A stretch of 32,000 nucleotides of DNA from Corynebacterium glutamicum ATCC 13032 (GTDB lineage: Bacteria > Actinomycetota > Actinomycetes > Mycobacteriales > Mycobacteriaceae). The notes beneath the pieces were generated by a model. The model was not told the origin of the DNA, ran no database searches, and worked only from the letters and a program-made list of their open reading frames with translations. Shown one piece after another: positions 24,840 to 32,000 of the stretch. The translations under genes were made by a program, and so were the position numbers. Position 1 is the stretch's first letter. Each line of letters begins with the position of its first letter. The stretch spans positions 810,001 through 842,000 of the forward strand of contig NC_003450.3 in the NCBI RefSeq assembly GCF_000011325.1, written 5' to 3'.

Positions 24840-26467
24840 TGCGTATTAGACCAAGAGCCGCTTTTTTCGGGGAGTCTTTGGTCTCCATTGACTCTGTGTC
24901 GGAGCCGAAAAAAGAGCTTGGATCGCTTGTTTAAATCTAAGCTTCGTTTAGTTCTTGCCGGGCACTTTTTGAACGCGGATCCATCGGCGATGGCTTCAAT
25001 TTTCGATGTGGATTTTGAATCTGGTGTTATTAGTTCCGTCATTAGGGCACGTGAGCTTACGTTGGATGACTTCTCTTTGGGCTGTGTTACGCCTTTGGTT
25101 GCTTTTGTGGGTTGGGAGTTTCCTCAAGGGGTTGAGCCGTGTTTACCGGTGAAGGTTGAGCAGTCGATCATTTATCCGCGTACTAGTGAGGGGGTAGGTG
25201 CTTCTCAAGGTGAAGGGATGGGTGATGCTGATTTTGAAGGGTTCTCTGGTGCGTGGTGTGCTGGTCTGGAGCTCTACCTGGCTCTGAAGCTGGGTGCTCG
25301 TGTGACATGTCAGATGGGGTATTCGCTGGAAGGTCTCACTCGTATGGTCAGCCCTCGATGTCTTTACGGTCTGCGCTTCGGCAAATGGTAATTGATCGAT
25401 CTGCTGCTAAAGAGATTTTCGGTAGAGGGTCTTTGGAAGAGCTCACGATTAAGATTGCGACGAATGCTGGTTATGGGAAGCTCTCTCAAGATGTTGCTCC
25501 TCGTTCAGGCTGGAATGCTTTCGAGGAGACTATGGAGTCTATTGGTGGTTCTGCGGTTACTAGTCCTTATCATGCTGCCATGACTACAAGCTTGGTTCGT
25601 GCCTTGCTTTTGGCTATCTCAAATGAGATTGAGATTCTTAGTGTTACTACTGATGGTTTCATTACCAGGGAATCTAACATTGAGGCTCTTGAGTGTTGTG
25701 GCATTGCTGATGTATTTCGTGATTCGCGTGGTGCGCTGACAGGTGACCGGACGGTGTGGGAGATCAAGCATCTTCAAGATGATTTGCTGAATTTCACAAC
25801 TAGCGCCAATATCTCACCTTCATATGAAGGTGGAGGATAGCGAAGGTCGAGTTATCGAAAAGGGTGGTGTGTGCGCTAAAGGTGGGTTGAAACCCCCAAA
25901 AATATAAAGCGTGGGAGTTTAGAAGAGCGGGTGTGGTTTCGCCACGCCGTGCTTTCACACATAGGTAAAATTAATAATCCTTATCATAGTTTTCCTTCGT
26001 TTCGTGAGCTGTCGTGCTCTCACAACCGTGTTGACTTCGTCAAAGGATCACATTCACCGTAGATTTCTCTGGATTACGATTTTCAACGGATGTCATTGCA
26101 AGAATTTGTAGTTGTTGATTTTATTGATGGTTTTGAAGTAGTGGGTTTCAAGACTGTTGCGTGGGACTCTGTGAAGGACTACCAACGTGCTTGTTATATT
26201 GCTGATCATCGTCCGGGTACCACTGTGGTCCAGATCGTCCTAGGGGGTTGATTACGGATCGAACACGATTGGACTCATTGGTTTGAGAGATTTAACAGTG
26301 AGGAACATCGTCGTATTCGTACTGCCGAGTCTGTGCGCTTGACTAAATTGGTTGCTGGCCATAAAGAGGTCAGGTGGAATCTTCCAGTGTTGTCTTCAAA
26401 AGCTAGTGTGGTTCAGGTCTTTGGGTTACGGGGATTTCACTCGAGCACAGTGGGACCATATGAGTAA
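24840..26467 (+). pseudogene. relic of a protein-primed / primer-independent-type family B DNA polymerase (multiple frameshifts and in-frame stops)
   Basis: Motif B KIATNAGYG (K-x3-N-x2-Y-G) lies at 25451-25477. SPYHAAMTTSLVRALL follows, then motif C-like SVTTDGFIT (TTDG at 25646-25657). Upstream, in another frame, is AWCAGLELYLALKLGARVTCQMGYSLEG. Downstream, 25907-26467 is a single frame broken by TAG 26060-26062 and TGA 26249-26251. At least three frame changes are needed to join the pieces. Confidence 0.55.
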
Positions 26468-27164
26468 AAGCGAGGCGTAAGGACGTTCTCAAGGGTATTG
26501 ACATTGGTGGTGGATGCTTTGATTGCTCAAACTTGATGTGTATCTCTTGACATTAGAGGCTGTTAAAAAAGATCATGAAGATTTTCTTTGGCGTTTAGCG
26601 CTGTGTGTAATCTTTGGTTTTGAATTGTGGGTCACCGATTCATCAGTTGAAGTTTTTTACTGATGGAACGGTATTTTTATGTTGATGAGATTCTGCTAGT
26701 GCGGGAAATATGCAAGATCTGACAAATAAGTACGGGGGCATCGCAAGACTTTTAATTACTATTTAATTGGCACCTTGTAGATACGTGAGTCGGCGCTGAT
26801 GGACGTGTCCGTTACTTTGGCTTTTCGCAGAAGCCGAGATTGTGGCCGGTGTGACAGCCTATATTGCGCTAGATATTTTGGTGCTGCATACGATGATCAC
26901 GTCGCTATGACGCAACGCCATTCGTGATCTGTGTTCTGGAACTTATGCGTGATTTTCCTGCACGAGCAATCAAAGACTGCACCTAGCTGGAGTTCATAGC
27001 TGGAAATGAAGAAACCATTTGCTTCTGAAGTATGTCCGCACTCGCTTAGCTGATGTCATCCAATGTAGAGAAGTTCAAAAGCTGAAGCAGGGGAGCACAA
27101 TTCTACTTCGCTACAGGAAAATCTCCATTCAAGCATCCAGCACACAAGGGCTAAAAAGTCAGTA

Positions 27165-27203
27165 GCCAAAAGTTACCTTTCTCGCGTGATATGTGCCATG
27201 CCC
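27165..27203 (+). repeat. upstream motif copy B (shared with 23497-23538)
   Basis: GCCAAAAGTTACCTTTCTCGCGTGATATGTGCCATGCCC lies about 110 nt upstream of the LGFP-protein start. Confidence 0.4.
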
Positions 27204-27311
27204 GGAACGGGGGTAAAAATACACGTAAAACAATTTTATGCAAAGAACTTATAGTGTTTTCAGGTTAGGGTCAGATCATTCACATCAACTAGTAACGAAA
27301 GGGTTATGTGA

Positions 27312-28895
27312 ATGAAACTGTTTTCTCAAGCTGCAGGTATCATCGCCGCAGCGCTCCTTGTCACAGGTGGTATAGCGCCTGTGGCACAGGGGCAAGCGCT
27401 TCAGGTGGTTACACCTGAGCAGCAAGAGTCCTATGTCCAACAGTTCCATCACGACGGTGATACCCCACCTGTTGTTGATGGGGTTGGTGGCTACACCGAG
27501 CAAGAAGTCGCCGAGATTCATGAGGCTATCCGTCAAGCCCAAGACTCTGGTGCACCTAATGATGAACTTATTCCTGGTGAGATGTGGTCAGATAAGGTCG
27601 AGTTACCCTCAACGATTGATAAAGCAGCTGCTGATGAAGCTGAGATAGCTATTGCACAGCAACAGTCCCAACCCCAGGCGAGAGGACTAGCCGCTGCTGC
27701 AGCGTGTCAGACATTTTGGCCGTCACCTTATCAAGTTTGTGGTGCTATCTTAGAGCGCTATATCCAGCAGGGTGCCCAGTTTGGGTGGATGTTGTTGCTT
27801 ACTGAAGGCCAAGCGCTTAACCCTGATGGTCAGGGATATCGTCAGCGGTTTATGAATGGGTTTATCTATTGGCATCCTTCTACTGGTGCGCACGCGGTTA
27901 ATAATTACAGTGCACAAGTCTGGGAGCGTAACGGTTGGGAGTCTGGGTGGATGGGGTATCCCACTGGTGGTGAAGTCCCTGTGTCTGGGTCTAATCCGAT
28001 TGATGGTGAGTTGAGTGGGTGGGTGCAAACCTTCCAAGGTGGGCGAGTGTATCGCAGTCCGGTATTGGACGGTTTCCAGGTGGCCAGTATTAATGGGCTG
28101 ATCTTGGATAAATGGCTTGAATTGGGTGGTCCTGATAGTGACCTTGGTTTTCCCATTGCGGATGAGGCTGTGACAGCTGACGGTGTGGGTAGATTTTCTG
28201 TTTTCCAGAACGGAGTTGTCTACTGGCATCCGCAACACGGAGCTCACCCTATATTAGGGAATATATACAGTATCTGGAGAGAAGAAGGAGCTGAGAGTGG
28301 GGAATTCGGTTACCCTATCGGCGATCCAGAAAAGTATACAGAAAACATGGCTAATCAGGTATTCGAAAAAGGCGAACTTGCAGCTAACCTATACCCCAAT
28401 CCTCTTGAGGCTTTTATTGAGTTTTTACCCTTTGCTAATCTTGAGGAAGCAATAGAGTATTTTGAGAACGGATTGTCAAATTCTCGTGTAGAGGCGAATT
28501 CACTTAACGCCAAGAAAGATTCGATTCAATGTCAATCGCAATCCGCTAACATTCATGTGAGAACGAAGAGTGACGGAGTCGGGATTAGGGTTCCAAAGAT
28601 TGGGTTTAAGGCTAGGATGGATTGCGACCTTCCTGGAACTGTCTCAGATGTAGTGGGGTATGGATGGATTTACTACGACTATTGGGGACGATGGGCTCAA
28701 GCAGCATATGCACAACAATTCTTCGGTAATAGGAATTCTGTTGTGCAAACCAATTTAGAGGCGGGTTGCAGCGGGGAGAAGAATACATTATTTTGGGGTA
28801 CTTCATATTTTCAGGTGACTTATGAAGGTCAGCCGTATTTCGGTCAGTCAGCAACTAACTACGCTTATCTTCCGTGTACGATAGACCGTAGTTAA
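27312..28895 (+). CDS. secreted LGFP-repeat protein with unassigned Cys-containing C-terminal domain
   Basis: The signal peptide is MKLFSQAAGIIAAALLVTGGIAPVAQG|QA. There are about four LGFP-type repeats (aa 143-358), with the motifs WMGYPTGGE, DLGFPIADE, EFGYPIGDP and G.(V/I)YW(H/R)P. The C-terminal 130-170 aa has 4 Cys and matches no motif I recognise. AAAGGG lies before ATG 27312. Confidence 0.8.
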   Translation: MKLFSQAAGIIAAALLVTGGIAPVAQGQALQVVTPEQQESYVQQFHHDGDTPPVVDGVGGYTEQEVAEIHEAIRQAQDSGAPNDELIPGEMWSDKVELPSTIDKAAADEAEIAIAQQQSQPQARGLAAAAACQTFWPSPYQVCGAILERYIQQGAQFGWMLLLTEGQALNPDGQGYRQRFMNGFIYWHPSTGAHAVNNYSAQVWERNGWESGWMGYPTGGEVPVSGSNPIDGELSGWVQTFQGGRVYRSPVLDGFQVASINGLILDKWLELGGPDSDLGFPIADEAVTADGVGRFSVFQNGVVYWHPQHGAHPILGNIYSIWREEGAESGEFGYPIGDPEKYTENMANQVFEKGELAANLYPNPLEAFIEFLPFANLEEAIEYFENGLSNSRVEANSLNAKKDSIQCQSQSANIHVRTKSDGVGIRVPKIGFKARMDCDLPGTVSDVVGYGWIYYDYWGRWAQAAYAQQFFGNRNSVVQTNLEAGCSGEKNTLFWGTSYFQVTYEGQPYFGQSATNYAYLPCTIDRS

Positions 28896-28924
28896 CATAA
28901 GGAATGGAATAGGAGAATTGCGGC

Positions 28925-29356
28925 ATGTATTCCGACAAGCTGATTCTCTTGTTCCTTTCTGAGCAGGATTCAAGCTATGAATGCTGCGTAGGTTTATTAG
29001 ATGGCTCAGATGGACTTGATTATATTGAAAAGCTTCTGAAGGGTAGGAAGCTGAAGAACCATTTTCTTGAATGGGAAGATATTAACAAGGCTGATGTTGC
29101 TCGTGAAGAAATATATAAAGGGCAATTGGTGCATCTGGTGTTTGTGACGGCTCTTTCCACGCCTGGTGAAATTTCTTTTGTTTTTCCAGGTCAATCTCTT
29201 ATGAGTGCAACACTCGAAGAAGACTTTGCTGCGCTTGTGCTCGAAGAGGAGCGCACATCATTTAGACCTGAACTGTCTCACCTGTGGTCACTCCCCGTAG
29301 GGTGGGTAGCTCCGGGGCTTGAGGGTTTCGTGGAGCGTAATTCCGAGGCAGCTTGA
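28925..29356 (+). CDS. small acidic cytoplasmic protein of unknown function (candidate partner of the upstream secreted protein)
   Basis: 143 aa. A strong AGGAGA RBS at 28910-28915 lies 9 nt before the ATG. The gene starts 29 nt after the upstream stop with no terminator between. It has no signal peptide. Confidence 0.6.
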   Translation: MYSDKLILLFLSEQDSSYECCVGLLDGSDGLDYIEKLLKGRKLKNHFLEWEDINKADVAREEIYKGQLVHLVFVTALSTPGEISFVFPGQSLMSATLEEDFAALVLEEERTSFRPELSHLWSLPVGWVAPGLEGFVERNSEAA

Positions 29357-29629
29357 ACCACCGCTTTCTGAGCCGGAAACCTCACGCGATAATGGCATCG
29401 AAAGACAATTGATTCATGCTGAATTCAGAGATCTACAACCTGTTGCGATAGTCCATCTCACGATGTGCCTAGTGTATGAGCTAATAAAGCTTAGACCTCT
29501 CTGCATCCCTGATAGCACTTTCGTAGTTATCAGATGCTATTTTGAGCTAGAAGTGGATCTTATCTACCAGGGTGAAAGCCAAACAACGCTGTACCTTTCT
29601 TTGCTGATGGGTGCAACGAAGACGGAGTT

Positions 29630-30142
29630 ATGATGAAGGAACGACGAATCAAGACTTTGGCAGCCTTAGTAATCTGCGGCCTGACTGTTTCAGGATGCGG
29701 CAATTATTTGGGAGACATTAATGTCAAAGGGCGCGCTGGTTTTTCAGTATCTGAAGCAGGTGATCTCATTGTTCGTGTACAACCATGTGGGTTGCCTATT
29801 GATACAGTAGACATGGCCGGCCCAATGCCACAGGATCAACCACCCCAAGCAAACCCGGTGTATCTTCAATTGAGTGATCCCGACGGTCGTACTGATCCTT
29901 TCATAGTAGATCCTGAAAACTTAGACCCGAGCTGGGCAATTATAGCAGGTGACGGCCTGCCAACAGATCCTGATGCACTCATCATCGTTAATGCGCATGT
30001 CGAGGGTGAGAGTACTCAAACCTCACAGGTGTCAGCGTATGTTAGGGATGTTCAGGGGTTGAGGACAGATCAAATCTATGTAGGTACCCTTGAAAGCTCA
30101 CGAATAGTTGACGAGAGTACTTTTCTTCATTGTCGCAAGTAG
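29630..30142 (+). CDS. lipoprotein of unknown function
   Basis: The signal peptide MMKERRIKTLAALVICGLTVSGC|GNY carries the lipobox L-(T)V-S-G-C. A GACGGAG RBS is present. The mature part is Pro/Asp-rich. Confidence 0.65.
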   Translation: MMKERRIKTLAALVICGLTVSGCGNYLGDINVKGRAGFSVSEAGDLIVRVQPCGLPIDTVDMAGPMPQDQPPQANPVYLQLSDPDGRTDPFIVDPENLDPSWAIIAGDGLPTDPDALIIVNAHVEGESTQTSQVSAYVRDVQGLRTDQIYVGTLESSRIVDESTFLHCRK

Positions 30143-30332
30143 CGTGTGGATCACTGCTGACGTTGAAGGTCAGGTTGGATTGACGCGTGCAAGTGACGGA
30201 GCGATCTCAATCGTGGTCCAACCATGTGGCCTTGAGATAGACATGGTTGCGATTAAAGGACTTCTCATCTTGCAGACTATTGAGGATTTTCACCAGTGCA
30301 GCACACCCTTGTTGATGAGAGTAGCGATGTAG
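30108..30332 (+). pseudogene. truncated paralogue of the N-terminal module of the preceding lipoprotein
   Basis: ADVEGQVGLTRASDGAISIVVQPCGLEIDMVAIKG parallels INVKGRAGFSVSEAGDLIVRVQPCGLPIDTVDMAG. Shared nucleotide strings are CAACCATGTGG (29780-29790 / 30219-30229) and TAGACATGG. The lipobox Cys is replaced (SSV) and the reading frame ends after about 70 codons. Confidence 0.45.
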
Positions 30333-30366
30333 TTTAGTGTCGCGTAAGTCTTTTTCAATCCTGAAA

Positions 30367-30406
30367 ACAACACCCCGTACTGAATTTATGCAGTACGGGG
30401 TGTTGT
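30367..30406. terminator. strong stem-loop between convergent genes (bidirectional terminator candidate)
   Basis: ACAACACCCCGTACTG-aatttatg-CAGTACGGGGTGTTGT is a perfect 16-bp stem. There is no clear T run on the plus side. Confidence 0.65.
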
Positions 30407-30433
30407 CTGCGTGAATACCGATTTGTGTCATAT

Positions 30434-30745
30434 CTAGAGCACTATGCGTGGAGGGCGGATCGCTAAGCCTCGTTCAACATATGCATAGGACAACGGTTGA
30501 TAGCCGTTGTCCGTATGGAATCCACCGTTGAAAATGTATTCCATAAAAATTGTGCCTTCATTACTGAGAAAATCCGTATCGCGATTGAGTATCTCGTTGA
30601 CCATGTCGATTGAGTCTTTAGTTGAAAAAATCTCTGCGAGCTGTTCAAGCTGATCGTAATGAGGTACAACCCTACCGTTGTTGATCTCCTTAAATTGCTC
30701 GCGGATCATGATCTCTTGTCGAGGAGTGGTGCACATATCAATCAT
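30434..30745 (-). CDS. hypothetical protein, possibly a 3' gene fragment
   Basis: 103-aa ORF from ATG 30745. The same frame stays open for a further 42 codons upstream (to about 30871) with no ATG, GTG or TTG, suggesting the N-terminal part was lost. No recognisable motif. Confidence 0.4.
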   Translation of the reverse strand: MIDMCTTPRQEIMIREQFKEINNGRVVPHYDQLEQLAEIFSTKDSIDMVNEILNRDTDFLSNEGTIFMEYIFNGGFHTDNGYQPLSYAYVERGLAIRPPRIVL

Positions 30746-31513
30746 GTCTTGGAGGTCGCGCTCGTTGAGTGTCGTCGGTTGCTGTAGTTCTTGTTCCGGC
30801 TTTGGTGCTGACGATGTAGCTATGTGTGTAGCTTCTGTGCGTCTTTTTTTCAGCTCTGCGTTCTTTCCAGTTATTTATAGATCTAGGAATCACTACTTCA
30901 AACAGGTGATTGACGCCCTTTTAGGTTAATTGATTTAGTGACGTCACCTATTACTGAAGTCGCAAATGAATTGAGTTTTGATGGGCTTTTAACTAGACGC
31001 GGTTCTTTTACTAGCTCTTCCAGCGTTCCATTTTGGTGTCGCACGCCCCAGAACTTAAGGAATCGTTAGTGACTTTGTTGCCGTTTTTTTGGTGATTTTT
31101 GAGACGTAACCTTCAATCTTTTGAAGATTCGAATTATTTTCGAGAGGCATGCATAAAAAATATATCGTATTGTCGATATTATTGGGATGTTCAGACATAT
31201 TCGGAGCCGAAATATACGTTGGAGGCCAAGACTCGGATTGGCGGGGTCGGTTTTGGTCAGATATGACAGTCAGCCTGCAATTACTATCTGGAACTCTAGA
31301 ATCAGGGTCCTCTCAGGATCGTATATAAGAGGCTGAAATGCTTCAATTATACCTCTCTGAGAAATTTGATCCTTATAAAACGGCTCCTGTGCTCTTTGTA
31401 CTTTCTGGGTAGTGGGGTTGAGGAAAATTCGACCAGGTGGCCGAAAGATCCACCCCACCCCAGACGTCGGTCAAATAGGACGGTATCCGGAAAACCAAGC
31501 AAAACCCGGGAGT

Positions 31514-32000
31514 CTATTTTAAACGATCCAGCGTCTCATCGTGCAGGATGCCGTTGGTGGCTACTGCATCGCCACCGTGTGGTCCATCGACGCCAGCCAG
31601 TGAGGTGAACTTTCCTCCGGCTTCGGTGACCAGGATGGACAGGGGAGCAAGATCCCAGAGGCTGACTTCTGGTTCAGCGGCGATATCGACGGCACCTTCG
31701 GCGACGAGGCAGTAGGAGAAGAAGTCGCCGTAGCCGCGGAGTCGCCAGGTGGTATCAGTTAGGGAGACGAACTGATCGCGCAAATCTCGTTCGGCCCAGC
31801 CGGAGAGGGAGGAGAAGGAGAGGGAGGCGTCGTCAAGCTTGGACACCTGGGACACGGACAGTTTGCGTGGGGAGCTGCCGTTGAAGGTGCGCCATGCGCC
31901 GGCCCCTTCGGATGCCCACCAACGCCTAGCCAGTGCGGGTGCGGAGATGACACCTGCGACGGGTTTGCCGTTGTCGAGCAGCGCGATCAGGGTTGCCCAT
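31514..32000 (-). CDS. hisN: inositol monophosphatase-family protein, HisN-type histidinol-phosphatase candidate (5' end outside the window)
   Basis: The frame is open to the window edge (...[36 protein letters not shown]...), so the GTG at 31855 in the ORF track is internal. IMPase C-terminal motifs are [20 protein letters not shown] and [14 protein letters not shown]. Confidence 0.8.

Larger units (their letters stand above)
22744..31513. mobile_element. degraded tRNA-adjacent accessory island (no intact mobility gene)
   Basis: Composition is visibly AT-richer than the flanks, with long ORF-free stretches, a polymerase pseudogene, gene fragments and secreted or lipoprotein cargo. It is bounded by tRNA-fMet and the conserved hisN-type gene. 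No integrase and no tRNA-derived direct repeat were found by eye. Confidence 0.5.

Noticed and set aside
24542-25042. 166-aa minus-strand ORF
   Set aside because: It overlaps the protease 3' end, runs through its terminator hairpin and continues into the polymerase relic. It has no RBS or motif.
29319-29633. 104-aa plus-strand ORF ending in an ATGA overlap with the lipoprotein start
   Set aside because: It has a TTG start inside the preceding gene, no SD before any internal Met, and no motif. A short coupled upstream ORF cannot be excluded.
30948-30957. Perfect 10-bp palindrome GTGACGTCAC
   Set aside because: It is a single short palindrome in an AT-rich spacer. It does not match the CRP/GlxR-type TGTGA-N6-TCACA spacing, and there is no second copy.
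31409-31462. Minus-strand stretch GGTGGATCTTTCGGCCACCTGGTCGAATTTTCCTCAACCCCACTA, which loosely resembles the 3' half of the tRNA-fMet (TCGAAT, CCCCxCTA) and might have been an att-site remnant
   Set aside because: Identity is limited to 6-7-nt runs and the orientation is inverted relative to the tRNA. The GGTGG/CCACC hairpin is better explained as the terminator region of the hisN-type gene.
31270-31608. Short ORFs 31270-31458 (minus strand) and 31366-31608 (plus strand)
   Set aside because: They have no RBS, low-complexity or odd composition, and overlap the hisN 3' end or terminator region.
1-32000. Search by eye for CRISPR arrays, IS-element terminal inverted repeats, integrase or transposase motifs, and toxin-antitoxin pairs
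   Set aside because: No regularly spaced repeats, no DDE or tyrosine-recombinase (R..H..R..Y) signatures, and no small paired ORFs of TA type were found. A computational repeat and HMM scan would be needed to be certain.

Overview
The window reads as a Corynebacterium glutamicum-type chromosome. This is recognised from gene order and from the AAAGTGG(W)CTA repeats between pdxR and pdxS, and cannot be verified without a search.

Positions 1-22.6 kb are a high-GC, tightly packed actinobacterial core:
- a DUF3152-like protein (5' end outside the window)
- a conserved hypothetical protein
- the AdnA/AdnB helicase-nuclease pair
- a TVGYGD/RCK potassium channel (CglK type)
- a NudC-like Nudix hydrolase
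- a UvrD2-type helicase with a tetracysteine module and an HRDC domain
- an orphan E1/ThiF-like protein
- a DUF45/YgjP-type HExxH peptidase
- a DUF2342 zincin-like protein
- a PDZ/Lon-S16 protease
- a Thr/Glu/Ser-rich lipoprotein
- a small conserved cytoplasmic protein
- a UPF0182 membrane protein
- pdxR divergent from pdxS-pdxT

An initiator tRNA-Met gene sits at 22.67 kb. From there to about 31.5 kb the sequence is visibly more AT-rich and ORF-poor, and looks like a decayed accessory island. It holds:
- an SdpI-like membrane protein
- a secreted S1 (alpha-lytic-type) serine protease
- a frameshifted, stop-riddled relic of a protein-primed or primer-independent family B DNA polymerase, which the ORF track does not show
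- about 0.85 kb with no ORF
- a secreted LGFP-repeat protein with an unassigned, lower-GC, four-cysteine C-terminal module, followed by a small cytoplasmic protein
- a lipoprotein plus a truncated paralogous copy
- a start-less ORF fragment

The window ends inside an inositol-monophosphatase-family gene (HisN type) on the minus strand.

The most interesting signal is the PolB relic next to the tRNA, which suggests a pipolin-like or other self-replicating element remnant. Second is the possible effector/immunity-style pair at 27.3-29.4 kb. I saw no CRISPR array, intact integrase or transposase. All family assignments come from motifs read by eye; no searches or GC computations were run.
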